Below, one piece after another: positions 30,826 through 40,210 of a stretch of DNA of 64,000 bases. The DNA is from an uncultured Acidobacteriota bacterium (GTDB lineage Bacteria > Acidobacteriota > Thermoanaerobaculia > Multivoradales > UBA5704). Every line of letters starts with the position of its first letter. Positions within the stretch are counted from its first letter, which is position 1. The stretch covers positions 2,592,001-2,656,000 of the forward strand of contig CAVYRF010000002.1 in the NCBI GenBank assembly GCA_963770895.1, read 5' to 3'. The position numbers and the translations under genes are program-made. The notes beneath the pieces were generated by a model, which did no database searches, was not told the DNA's origin, and saw only the letters and a program-made list of their open reading frames with translations.

Positions 30826-31728
30826 ATGAATCCTGGCGACCTGCAACGTCTGTTGGAGGCTGTCGCGGCGGGTTCCGTGGCGCCGGCGGCGGCCGTCGAG
30901 CAGCTGGCGGAGCTCCCCTACGCCGACCTGGGCTTTGCCAAGCTGGATCTTCACCGCGAGCTGCGCGTCGGTCTGGCGGAAGCCGTCTACGCCGAGGGCA
31001 AGCAGAGCCTGGACCTGTTGCGCATCGTGCAAAGGCTGATCGCCGCCCACGGCCGCGCCCTGGTCACCCGCCTGGCGCCCGCCGCCGCCGCCCAGCTGAT
31101 GGCGGCGCTCGGCCCCGCGGCTTCCTTCCCCGCAGCCACTGACCTGGCGGCGCCAACGCAGTCGGACACGCCGCGGCCGGCGCTGTCGCCGCAGCTGGAG
31201 TCGTCATCGCGGCAGCCGGAGCCAGCGGAGCTATCGCAGCCAGAGCAACCGCCGCCGGCGGCCGGCGGCGCGGTCTACCACGAGCGGGCGCGGGTGTTCA
31301 CCTGGGGAGCGCCGACACCGCCGACCGGGCCGCCGATTGCGGTCCTTGCCGCCGGCACCTCGGATCTGCCGGTGGCGGAAGAGGCCGCGGTCTGCGCCGA
31401 ATGGTTCGGCCACCCGGTGGAAAGGGCCTACGACGTCGGCGTCGCCGGCCTGCACCGCCTGCTGGGGAGCCTCCCTGAGATCCGCCGCGCCGGCGTCGTC
31501 ATCGCCGTCGCCGGCATGGACGGCGCCCTGCCCACCGTGGTCGCCAGCCTGGTGCGCGCCCCCGTCGTCGCCGTCCCCACCAGCGTCGGCTACGGCACCA
31601 GCTTCGGCGGCCTGGCCCCCCTGCTCACCATGCTCAACGGCTGCGCCCCCGGCGTCGGCGTCGTCAACATCGACAACGGCTACGGCGCCGCCGTCCTGGC
31701 CAGCCGCATCGCCCGCCACCAACCCTAG
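30826..31728 (+). CDS. larB: Nickel-pincer cofactor biosynthesis protein LarB
   Basis: FAKLDLHRELRVG..EAVY.EGK, AGTSDLPVAEEA, DVGVAGLHRL, AGMDGALP, PTSVGYG, VVNIDNGYGA. Confidence 0.93.
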   Translation: MNPGDLQRLLEAVAAGSVAPAAAVEQLAELPYADLGFAKLDLHRELRVGLAEAVYAEGKQSLDLLRIVQRLIAAHGRALVTRLAPAAAAQLMAALGPAASFPAATDLAAPTQSDTPRPALSPQLESSSRQPEPAELSQPEQPPPAAGGAVYHERARVFTWGAPTPPTGPPIAVLAAGTSDLPVAEEAAVCAEWFGHPVERAYDVGVAGLHRLLGSLPEIRRAGVVIAVAGMDGALPTVVASLVRAPVVAVPTSVGYGTSFGGLAPLLTMLNGCAPGVGVVNIDNGYGAAVLASRIARHQP

Positions 31729-31737
31729 CCGAAGCGC

Positions 31738-32031
31738 TCAGCCCCTGGGCCAGCGTCGCGGGCTGCGCGAAGTGTGTACGACCGCCAGGATTGCGAGGAT
31801 GTCGCCGCGTATCGCATAGAAGACGCCATACGGAAAGCGCGCCAGGAGCGCGCGGCGAATATTCGGCAGGATCTCGGCGTAGCGGAAAGGACCTGCCTCG
31901 ATCGACGCGAGGACGTCATCAAGAGCAGCCATGAAATCGAGGCCAAGACCGGCTAACTGCTCTTCGTACCAATCGTAGGCCTCGCCGATCTGGCGTTCCG
32001 CTTTGCGAGCGACGATCAGCCGGTGCGCCAT
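31738..32031 (-). CDS. Type II toxin, RelE/ParE family
   Basis: AYDWYE...LGLDF...RRALLARFPYGVFY...ILAVVHTSRSP..W. Confidence 0.88.
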   Translation of the reverse strand: MAHRLIVARKAERQIGEAYDWYEEQLAGLGLDFMAALDDVLASIEAGPFRYAEILPNIRRALLARFPYGVFYAIRGDILAILAVVHTSRSPRRWPRG

Positions 32032-32249
32032 GCCCCTGTCAGGACCCGGCTGCGCACTTCAGCCCACGGAGATCCGGCTTCCGGATCTGCCTCGAATTCA
32101 GCCAGCCGCCGGTTCAACTCGGCTTTCAGGTCGTCAGGAATCGAAACGTCTTCGGGCAGGGCGGCGATACTGTCCCACAAAATCTCGGCAAGCCGGATGC
32201 GCTCCGCAACGGGCAGCTCCAGGAGCTCGGCAATGGATACAGTTTTCAT
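32016..32249 (-). CDS. Addiction module antitoxin (TIGR02574-like)
   Basis: LLELPVAERIRLAEILWDSI...ELNRRL......P..GSPWAEVR; overlaps the toxin start. Confidence 0.88.
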   Translation of the reverse strand: MKTVSIAELLELPVAERIRLAEILWDSIAALPEDVSIPDDLKAELNRRLAEFEADPEAGSPWAEVRSRVLTGAWRTG

Positions 32250-32405
32250 CCGATTCATCCCGCAGCCAACCACGGCTGGCCTGGGTTTGCGAGCAGGCAG
32301 CCGTTGCGGCTTAGCTCCTCCATCTTACCGCTGAACCCACCAGACGTCGCAACGGTTGGCGTCAGGACCGACCCCGATTTGCGAAGCCTCATTGGCTGAC
32401 GGAGA

Positions 32406-33506
32406 TCAGCGCTGGGATGTGGGGTGGCGCTCGGCGAGCATGGCGTCGCCGTAGGAGAAGAAGCGGTAGCCTTGGGCGAGGGCTTCCTGGTAGGCGGCGA
32501 AGGTGCGGTCGCGGCCGGCGAAGGCGGCGACCAGCATGAGGAGAGTGGAGCGGGGCAGGTGGAAGTTGGTGAGCAGGGCGTCGACGACCTGGAAGCGGAA
32601 GCCGGGGGTGATGAAGAGGTCGGTCGAGCCGTCGCCGGCCGCCGGCTGGCTGCCGTGGGCCGCGGCGGCGGCTTCCAGGGTGCGCACGACGGTGGTGCCG
32701 ACGGCGACGATGCGCCGGCCGCCGGCGCGGGCGCGGGCCAGGGCTTCGGCGGCGGTGGGGGAGATGGAGTAGCGCTCGCGGTCCATGCGGTGATCGGACA
32801 CCAGGGGCGCGGTCACCGGCTTGAAGGTGCCGATGCCGACGTGCAGGGTCACCGCCGTGCGCTCGACGCCGGCGGCGGCAAGGTCCGCCAGGAGCTGTTC
32901 CGACAGGTGCAGGCCGGCGGTCGGTGCGGCGATGGCGCCGGGATGGCGGGCGTAGACGGTCTGGTAGCGCTCGCGGTCGGCCTGGTCGTCGGGCCGCCGG
33001 ATGTAGGGCGGCAGCGGGACGTGGCCCAGTCGCTCCAGGTGGGGCTCGATGGGCACCGAGAAGCGCACGCGCCGCCGGCCGCTCGCGGTCACCTCCAGCA
33101 CCTCGGCCGCAACCCCGGAGGGAGCGCCGCCGGCGGTCAGCAGGTCGACGACGGCGCCGGGCCGGGCGCGGCGGCCGGGGCGCACCAATACTTCCCATTC
33201 GCGCTCGGCCAGCCGCTCGACCAGCAAGAGTTCGATGGTGCCGCTGCCGCCGGGCCGTTCGCCGCCTTCCACGTCGCTGCCGCCTGGCCTGCCGGCGGGG
33301 CGGCCGTAGAGGCGCGCGGGGATGACGCGGGTGTCGTTGACGACCAGCAGGTCGCCGGGGCGCAGCAGGGTTGGCAGGTCGCTGATGCGGCGGTGGCGGG
33401 CGTCGCCTTCGCGGTCGACGACCAGCAGGCGGCTGGCGCCGCGCGGGGCTGGGGTCTGGGCGATGGCTTCGGCCGGCAGCGGGTAGTCGAAGTCGCTGGT
33501 GAGCAC
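32406..33506 (-). CDS. queA: S-adenosylmethionine:tRNA ribosyltransferase-isomerase
   Basis: GTG start; SDFDYPLP..AIAQ, VNDTRVIPARL, PLPPYI, YQTVYA, AAPTAGLH, VGTTVVR, TNFHLP, FFSYGDAM. Confidence 0.97.
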   Translation of the reverse strand: MLTSDFDYPLPAEAIAQTPAPRGASRLLVVDREGDARHRRISDLPTLLRPGDLLVVNDTRVIPARLYGRPAGRPGGSDVEGGERPGGSGTIELLLVERLAEREWEVLVRPGRRARPGAVVDLLTAGGAPSGVAAEVLEVTASGRRRVRFSVPIEPHLERLGHVPLPPYIRRPDDQADRERYQTVYARHPGAIAAPTAGLHLSEQLLADLAAAGVERTAVTLHVGIGTFKPVTAPLVSDHRMDRERYSISPTAAEALARARAGGRRIVAVGTTVVRTLEAAAAAHGSQPAAGDGSTDLFITPGFRFQVVDALLTNFHLPRSTLLMLVAAFAGRDRTFAAYQEALAQGYRFFSYGDAMLAERHPTSQR

Positions 33507-33511
33507 GGGCG

Positions 33512-34747
33512 TCAGGCGGCGGCGATGCCTGGGACGCGCCGCAGCAGGTCGTGGGCGAGGAGCAGGGCGACCAGCATCAGGCCGCCGGCGCTCCAGAAGG
33601 GCCAGGCGGCGCCGGCGGTGGTGAAGATCCAGGTGCCGGCGAGCGGGCCGGCGATGCGGGCCAGGGCGCCGCAGGAGCGCGAGACGCCGATGGTTTCGCC
33701 TTGCGACGCCTGGCTGCTGAGGCGCGACAGCAGGGCCAGCAGGGAGGGATTGTGGAGGGCCGAGCCGATCGCCAGCAGGGCCAGGGTGAGCGCCAGCCAG
33801 GCGGCGCGGGCGGGCACCGGCAGGAGCAGCAGGCCGAGCGCCATGGCGGCGATGCCGGCGAGGATGAGGCGGCGGTCGCCGAAGCGGCGGGCGAGCCGTC
33901 CCAGCAGGCCGCCCTGCACCACGACGAGCAGCACGCCGACGTAGGCGAACAGGCCCGAGGTGGCGCGCGGGCCGAAGCCGAAGCTGGCCTGGCAGAAGAG
34001 CGCCAGGGTGGCTTCCATGATCGAGAAACAGAACATCACCAAGAAAAAGAGCAGCATCAGGTTGCGCAGCCGCACGTCGTGCCACAGGCGCCGCAGGTCG
34101 TCCAGGCCGAACAGCGGTTTGGCCATTGCCGCGCCGCGCGCCGCCGGCGGCAGCGACTCGGGCAGGGCGGCGACCGCGACGACCAGGTTGAGGGTGGACA
34201 GCGCGGCGGCGGCGTAGGGCACGGCGGTGACGCCGAAACGCAGCAGCAGGCCGCCGAGCGCCGGCCCGATGACGAAGCCGAGCCCGAAGGCGGCGCCGAC
34301 CAGCCCCATGGCGCGGGAGCGGTCGGCAGGCGGGGTGATGTCCGCCAGGTAGGCCTGGGCGATGCCGTAGTTGGCGGCGGCGATGCCGGCCAGGCTGCGC
34401 GCCACGAACAGCATGGGGAGGCCGCCGGCGGTGGCAAACAGCAGGTGCGCGGCGGCGCTGCCGGCGATCGACACCAGCATCAGCGGCCGGCGGCCGAAGC
34501 GGTCGGAGAGCCTCCCCAGCCAGGGCGCGCACAGCAGCTGCGCCAGGCTGTAGGAGGCGAACAGGAAGCCGATGGTGAGCTTGCTGGCGTGGAACGCTTC
34601 GGCGTAGTAGGGCAGGATCGGCAGGATCATGCCGAAGCCGATCAGGTCGAGCGCGATGGCCAGGAACACCGTCAGCCGGGCACCCCTGGCCGGCGTCGCC
34701 GCCGGCGGCAGATCGGCAGGAGGATTGGCGCTCGCGCTGACGTTCAC
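33512..34747 (-). CDS. MFS transporter (TetA/DHA1-like)
   Basis: About 12 TMs; motif A GRLSDRFGRRP; motif C GFVIGPALGG. Confidence 0.92.
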   Translation of the reverse strand: MNVSASANPPADLPPAATPARGARLTVFLAIALDLIGFGMILPILPYYAEAFHASKLTIGFLFASYSLAQLLCAPWLGRLSDRFGRRPLMLVSIAGSAAAHLLFATAGGLPMLFVARSLAGIAAANYGIAQAYLADITPPADRSRAMGLVGAAFGLGFVIGPALGGLLLRFGVTAVPYAAAALSTLNLVVAVAALPESLPPAARGAAMAKPLFGLDDLRRLWHDVRLRNLMLLFFLVMFCFSIMEATLALFCQASFGFGPRATSGLFAYVGVLLVVVQGGLLGRLARRFGDRRLILAGIAAMALGLLLLPVPARAAWLALTLALLAIGSALHNPSLLALLSRLSSQASQGETIGVSRSCGALARIAGPLAGTWIFTTAGAAWPFWSAGGLMLVALLLAHDLLRRVPGIAAA

Positions 34748-34820
34748 GGGAGGAGGAGTCTAGCCCACAACCGGCCGCCTGCATCCGGCGCCCGCGGGCG
34801 GGTAGGGTGCAGGTCTATCG

Positions 34821-35900
34821 TCAGCCCGGCGCACCGCTGCCGGCCGCGGCGGCGGCGGTTTCGGCCGCCTGGGGCAGGCGCGGCAGGCGCTGCCGGTGGG
34901 GGTCCAGCAGGTCGCGCAGGTCGTCGCCCAGGAAGCTGACGGAGACCGCGATGAGCGCCAGCAGGGCGCCGGGAACGACCGCCAGCCACCAGGCGCTGTC
35001 GGGCGCGTGGTAGGCGTCCGCGATCATGCCGCCCAGGCTGGGCGTGGGGGGTTGCAGCCCCAGGCCCAGGAAGGAGAGCGCCGATTCGAGCAGGATGATC
35101 CTGCCGACCAGCTGCGTCGAGCGCACCAGCAGCGGGGTCATGGCGTTGGGCAGCATGTGCCGCACCAGGACCACCAGCGGGTGCTCTCCCAGCGCGCGGG
35201 CGGCCAGCACGAAGTCGCGCTGCTGCAGGCCGCGCAGCTCGGCGCGAGTGAGCCGGCTGATGATCATCCAGTTGGTGCCGCCGAGCATCAGCACCATGAC
35301 GGCAGTGCTCGGCCGCAGCAGCGCCGACAGCGCGATCATCAGGAACAGCCATGGAAAGGCGAACAGGGCGTCGACCAGGCGCATGGTCACCGCGTCCCAC
35401 AGCGGTGTGCCCAGGGCGGCCAGGGCGCCCAGGGCGATGCCCAGGGTCAGCGCCAGCAGCACCGACAGGACGGCCACCGCGAGCGAGAGGCGGGCGGCGT
35501 ACAGCAGGCGGCTGGCGACGTCGCGGCCGAACTGGTCGCTGCCGAGCGCGAAGACGCGCCTGTCCGCGACTCCCGTCGCCGTCAGATTGAGAACCTGCGC
35601 CGCGGGGACCACCGTCCGCCTGCCCAGGCGCTCGACCTCCAGGCCTTGCGGCACGCGCCGCACCCGCTCCGCCAGCTGCCAATCGCCGCCGGCCAGGTGG
35701 AGGGCGGCGAGCGCCGTGCCGGGCGGCCGCAGGCTGGCGGCGCGCGGGTCGAGCTGCTCGTTGGGATCGTAGGGGGCCAGCAGCGGCGCTGCCGCCGCCA
35801 GCGCCACCAGGGCCGCGACCAGCACCGTGCCCGCTCCCAGCGAGTGAGCCCGCAGCCAGCGCCACGGCCGGCCCGCCGCCGCCACTGCGCGCCTAGCCAC
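34821..35900 (-). CDS. Peptide/nickel ABC transporter permease (OppC/DppC-like)
   Basis: LGSDQFGRDV.SRL, FVLAARALG, RHMLPN, ESALSFLGLG. Confidence 0.92.
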   Translation of the reverse strand: MARRAVAAAGRPWRWLRAHSLGAGTVLVAALVALAAAAPLLAPYDPNEQLDPRAASLRPPGTALAALHLAGGDWQLAERVRRVPQGLEVERLGRRTVVPAAQVLNLTATGVADRRVFALGSDQFGRDVASRLLYAARLSLAVAVLSVLLALTLGIALGALAALGTPLWDAVTMRLVDALFAFPWLFLMIALSALLRPSTAVMVLMLGGTNWMIISRLTRAELRGLQQRDFVLAARALGEHPLVVLVRHMLPNAMTPLLVRSTQLVGRIILLESALSFLGLGLQPPTPSLGGMIADAYHAPDSAWWLAVVPGALLALIAVSVSFLGDDLRDLLDPHRQRLPRLPQAAETAAAAAGSGAPG

Positions 35901-36870
35901 GCTCCGCCTTGCGCAAGCGCGGGTCGACCGCCGCGTGCAGCAGATCGGCGACCAGATTGCCGCCGATGGCCAGGGCGGCCGCCACGGCGGTGGTGGCGAT
36001 GATCACCGGGTAGTCGCGACTGGAGGTGGCGTCGTAGGTGACCCTGCCGATTCCCGGCCACGCGAACACCACCTCGATGATCAGGATGCCGGACAGCAGC
36101 TCCGGCACCGAGACCCCCAGCCGCTGGATCAGCGGCACCAGGGTGGCGCGCAGGGCGTGCACCCACAGGACGCGCCGCTCGCTCAAGCCGGCGGCGCGGG
36201 CGGTGCGGACGTAATCGCAGGCCAGGACGTCGAGCAGGCTGGCGCGCACGTAGCGGGCGGTCGCCGCCGCTTCGATCAGGCCGAGCGTCAGCGCCGGCAA
36301 CGTCAGGTGGCGCAGCAGGTCGACCAGCCGCGCGGCGCTCCCCAGCTGGTCGGCGCCCACCGATTGCATGTGCGACGCCGGCAGCCAGCGCAGGTAGTAG
36401 GAGAAGATGATGACCGCGAGCAGCGCCACCCAGAACGTCGGCTGCGAATACATCACCTGGGTGACCAGGCGGATGGCGCCGTCCAGGCGGGTGCCATGGT
36501 GCCGCGCCGCGACCACGCCCAGGGTTACGCCGACGCTGAATTCGACGCACAGGGCGGCGACGGCGAGCAGCAGGGTGGCCGGCAGCGCCTCCTTCACCAC
36601 GTCGGCTGCCGGACGCTGCTGTCCGTAGGAGATCCCCCAGTCACCGTGCAGCGTCACCGCGGCGAGCCAGCGCACGTACTGCTCCGCCAGCGGGCGGTCG
36701 AGCCCATAGGAGTGGATGAGCAGGTCCTTCTGGTGCTGCGGCACGGGGATCTCGGACAAATTGGCGAGCGGGTCCCCCGGCACCAATCGCAGCAGCACGA
36801 AGGTGAGCGTCAGCACCAGGTAGAGGAGCAGCAAGGACGCGGCGAACCGCCGCAAAAGATAGGCAGGCAC
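35893..36870 (-). CDS. Peptide/nickel ABC transporter permease (OppB/DppB-like)
   Basis: YLLRR, PGDP, YGLDRPL..QY, DYVRTARAAG, EVVFAWPGIG, RDYP. Confidence 0.93.
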   Translation of the reverse strand: MPAYLLRRFAASLLLLYLVLTLTFVLLRLVPGDPLANLSEIPVPQHQKDLLIHSYGLDRPLAEQYVRWLAAVTLHGDWGISYGQQRPAADVVKEALPATLLLAVAALCVEFSVGVTLGVVAARHHGTRLDGAIRLVTQVMYSQPTFWVALLAVIIFSYYLRWLPASHMQSVGADQLGSAARLVDLLRHLTLPALTLGLIEAAATARYVRASLLDVLACDYVRTARAAGLSERRVLWVHALRATLVPLIQRLGVSVPELLSGILIIEVVFAWPGIGRVTYDATSSRDYPVIIATTAVAAALAIGGNLVADLLHAAVDPRLRKAERG

Positions 36871-36895
36871 CTGGGACCCGTCGGCCGGCGGCGCC

Positions 36896-38587
36896 TCAGT
36901 GTTGCGGCGGAGCTTCGAGCCACCAGTCCCGCAGCCGCATCATGCTGTACAGCAGGCTGGGTTGCACTCCGTGCAGCCGCCGGTCGAAGGCGCTCAGGCG
37001 CTGCGACTCCCACAGAAAGGTGCAGGGCTGGTCGTGCTGCACCAGCAGTTGGATGCGGTCCAGGTCCTGGCGGGCAAGCGTGATGTCGGGCACGCTCATC
37101 GAGCGTGCGATGAGGCGGTCGACCTCGGGGTTGGAATAGCGGGTGAAGTTGGACTCGCCGATGGCGCTGGTGGCGAAATAGGCCCAGAGATCGAGGCTGG
37201 TGTCCATGCCGCTGCCGGTCAGGCAGGCGTCGTAGTTGCCGGCTTCGGTCTGCCGCGTCAAGGCGTTGAACTCTTCCTGCCGCGGCTGGGCGCGCACGCC
37301 GATCCTGGCGAGCTGCGCCTGGACCATCACCGTGGCGTCGACGCGCTGCTGATTGCCGGAGTTGGTCAGCAGGTCGAACGCCAGCGGCTTGCCGTCGCGC
37401 TGCAGGACGCCGTCGGGGCCGGGTTTGAATCCCCTGGCGGCGAGCAGGCGCCGCGCCGCCGCGGGATCGTACGGGAACGGCACCAGCGACCGGTTGTGCG
37501 CCCACACCGTGGTCAGGATGGGCGAGTCGCACAGGCGCGCGAACTTCCCCCAGAGGGTGTCGACGATCGCCCGGCGATCGATGCCCATGGTCAACGCCCG
37601 CCGCACTTCGGGGTCCGAGAACGGCGCGTGCTGGTTGTTCCAGGCCACGCTGACCCAGGTGCGAAACCAGTACGGCAGCACCGTGAGGTGCGGGTTGGCG
37701 GTGACGTGCGGCACGTCGCCGGGCGCGATCTGGGGGGTGTAGTCGATGTCGCCGCTGTCGAGCTGGGTGATCAGGCTGGCCTGGTCGGGGATGATGCGCA
37801 TCACCATCCGGTCCAGGTAGGGCCGGCTGGGGTCGAAGAAGCGCTCGTTGCGCCGCAGCACGATCTCCTGCTGGTGCTTCCACGATTCGAGCACGAACGG
37901 GCCGTCGCCGACCAGGTGCTGGCGGAACCAGTCGCCGCTCTGCCGCCAGCGCGAGAACGGGAGCTGTCCCCAGGCGTGGCGCGGCAGGATCGCTCCCTCG
38001 TTGGCGTCCAGCAGCTGCTTGGCGTAGACGCGCTTGAAGCGGAAGCGGGCGGTCTTGGGGTCGACCACTTCGACGTCGGCGATGTCGGCCTTCATGAAGG
38101 CGAACTGCCAGGCGACCTCCGGGCTGGTCTGCGCCTGCCAGGTCCAGCGCACGTCGTCGGCGGTGACCGGCACGCCGTCGCTCCAGACCGCGTTGTCCCG
38201 CAGATGGAAGGTGAGCGCCTTGTGGTCCGGCGACCATTCGAACGAGCGGGCAAGCAGCGGCAGCATGGTCGCCGGATGCTCGGTGTAGTCGGACTGCTCT
38301 TCGACCAGGCGCAGCTGGAGCTGCACCATGAGCTCGCCCATCACCGCCGTCTGGGGCCCGATCAGATCATTGACGCCGGGGGGCTCCGCCGTCCAGGCGG
38401 TGACCAGGGTGCCGCCGCGCCGCGGCGCGCCCCCCTGCTGCGGCGCGCCGTGGCCGCCGCGGCCGCAGCCGCTCGCCGCGAGCGCCAGGACCAAGGCCAT
38501 GCCCAGCACCGCCAGGGCCAGGATCGGCGGCACCGGCACCGAGCGCCTTGCGGGAGGCCGGCGTGAACGGACGAGAAGCGGATGCAT
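36896..38587 (-). CDS. Peptide ABC transporter substrate-binding lipoprotein (family 5, OppA/DppA-like)
   Basis: Lipobox-like ASGC; TFHLR....WSDG.PVTADDV; GDGPF; DPEVRRAL. Confidence 0.92.
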   Translation of the reverse strand: MHPLLVRSRRPPARRSVPVPPILALAVLGMALVLALAASGCGRGGHGAPQQGGAPRRGGTLVTAWTAEPPGVNDLIGPQTAVMGELMVQLQLRLVEEQSDYTEHPATMLPLLARSFEWSPDHKALTFHLRDNAVWSDGVPVTADDVRWTWQAQTSPEVAWQFAFMKADIADVEVVDPKTARFRFKRVYAKQLLDANEGAILPRHAWGQLPFSRWRQSGDWFRQHLVGDGPFVLESWKHQQEIVLRRNERFFDPSRPYLDRMVMRIIPDQASLITQLDSGDIDYTPQIAPGDVPHVTANPHLTVLPYWFRTWVSVAWNNQHAPFSDPEVRRALTMGIDRRAIVDTLWGKFARLCDSPILTTVWAHNRSLVPFPYDPAAARRLLAARGFKPGPDGVLQRDGKPLAFDLLTNSGNQQRVDATVMVQAQLARIGVRAQPRQEEFNALTRQTEAGNYDACLTGSGMDTSLDLWAYFATSAIGESNFTRYSNPEVDRLIARSMSVPDITLARQDLDRIQLLVQHDQPCTFLWESQRLSAFDRRLHGVQPSLLYSMMRLRDWWLEAPPQH

Positions 38588-38706
38588 GACGGGGTCGTAA
38601 ATCCGCCTGCATGCTACGCGTTCACCGGGCCGGGGGTCAAACCGCGGGTGGTATCCTCAAAGCCATGAGGGGTGGCGGCACAAGGCGCGACGGCGTCAAG
38701 CCCGAC

Positions 38707-40083
38707 ATGTCGCGGTGGCTGATCGCCGGCTCGCTGCTGTTCCTGGTGTTCGTGCTGGACCTGGCGCTGTTCGGCTGGCTGATCTTCCGCTCGCTGTCGC
38801 AGCGCGAAGTCGAGCGCGCGATCCTGGAGACGCGCGTCGAAGCGCAGCGGCTGGCCTCGCAGATCGAGCGCCAGGCCGACCGCCAGGGCAAGGACCTGTA
38901 TACCGCGGTGGCCTACGAGCAGGAAACCCAGACCTACATCGACTCGATCCTGCGCCAGCGCGACTTCATCCGCACCGTCGAGATCCGCGACCGCAACAAC
39001 GTCCTGGTCTACGAGAGCCGCAGCCACGGCGTGGTGCCGGTGGTGCCGCCGGCGGCGGCGCTCGCCCCCCATACGCCCGAGCTGCCGCAGCGCGTCGAGC
39101 GCAAGTCCTACGAGCAGTCGTCGGTCGTCCCCGTGCCGCGCATCGACGTGCCGATCGGCGACCTGGGGTCGCTGCAGATCGGCATCAGCCCCGGCGAGCT
39201 GTCCAAGCGGGTGGGCGTGCTGCGCGGCGAGCTGATCCGCCAGACGACGCTGATCGGCGTCGCCTCGCTGGTGCTGCTGCTGGGGGCCTTCAGCGCCGTC
39301 TGGATGTTGCTGCGGCGCACCCGCCGGCTGGAGCTGCAGGCCGCCGAGGCGGAGCGGATGGCCTACATCGGCACGCTGGCCTCGGGGTTGGCGCACGAGA
39401 TCCGCAGCCCCCTCAACTCGCTCAATCTGAACATGCAGATGCTGGAAGAGGAGATCGCCGAGCAGGGGCCGGGGGTGATGCCGACCGGCCGCCGCCTGCT
39501 GTCGATCACCCATTCGGAGATCAACCGGCTGGAGCGCCTGGCGACGGACTTTCTGGCCTACGCCAAGCCGCGGCCGCTGGAGATCGCGGAGGTCGCGGCG
39601 GTGCTGCCGCTGGAACGCCTGCGCGACGTGCTGGCGGGCGAGATCGAAAAGCGCGGCGCGCGCATCGCGGTCGAGGACCGCAGCAACGGCACGCGGATAC
39701 GGATCGACCCGGCGCAGATCGACCAGCTGCTGATGAACCTGGCGCAGAACGCCCTGGCCGCCGCCGAGGAGGCGGGGCGGTCGCCGGTGCTGACGCTGAC
39801 CGCCTACCGGCGCGGCGGCACGGCGGTGCTGGAACTGCTCGACAACGGCATCGGCATCCCGGCGGACCAGGAAGCCAAGATCTTCGACCTCTTCTATTCG
39901 ACTCGCCGCGGTGGCACCGGTCTGGGGCTGGCCATCGTGCAGCGCATCGCCCGCGCCCACGGCGGCACGGTGCGCGTCAAAAGCTCGCCCGGGCTCGGTA
40001 CGGCGATGAGCCTGGAGCTGCCGGCCGTGGCGACTCCGCTCGAGAGCGCCACCCGCCCGTCGCTCAAGCCGTCGCCGGTCTGA
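38707..40083 (+). CDS. Membrane sensor histidine kinase (orphan)
   Basis: Two TMs flanking a periplasmic domain; LAHEIRSPL; NLAQNA; DNGIG; GTGLGL. Confidence 0.92.
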   Translation: MSRWLIAGSLLFLVFVLDLALFGWLIFRSLSQREVERAILETRVEAQRLASQIERQADRQGKDLYTAVAYEQETQTYIDSILRQRDFIRTVEIRDRNNVLVYESRSHGVVPVVPPAAALAPHTPELPQRVERKSYEQSSVVPVPRIDVPIGDLGSLQIGISPGELSKRVGVLRGELIRQTTLIGVASLVLLLGAFSAVWMLLRRTRRLELQAAEAERMAYIGTLASGLAHEIRSPLNSLNLNMQMLEEEIAEQGPGVMPTGRRLLSITHSEINRLERLATDFLAYAKPRPLEIAEVAAVLPLERLRDVLAGEIEKRGARIAVEDRSNGTRIRIDPAQIDQLLMNLAQNALAAAEEAGRSPVLTLTAYRRGGTAVLELLDNGIGIPADQEAKIFDLFYSTRRGGTGLGLAIVQRIARAHGGTVRVKSSPGLGTAMSLELPAVATPLESATRPSLKPSPV

Positions 40084-40102
40084 TCCTGCGTCTGTCTCCC
40101 TG

Positions 40103-40156
40103 AAAAGAGGAAACCCCGCCGCACCCTGCCCGTGGACGGGGCAGGATGCGGCGGGG
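40103..40156 (-). terminator. Intrinsic terminator downstream of hsp20 (between convergent genes)
   Basis: CCCCGCCGCA-CCCTGCCC...GGGCAGG-ATGCGGCGGGG hairpin at 40114-40156, followed on the minus strand by UUUCCUCUUUU. Confidence 0.65.
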
Positions 40157-40210
40157 CCGGCTCCCCAGGGCCTGTGGCTACCTTGGGGGAGAGGGCGACT
40201 GCGTCGTCGC

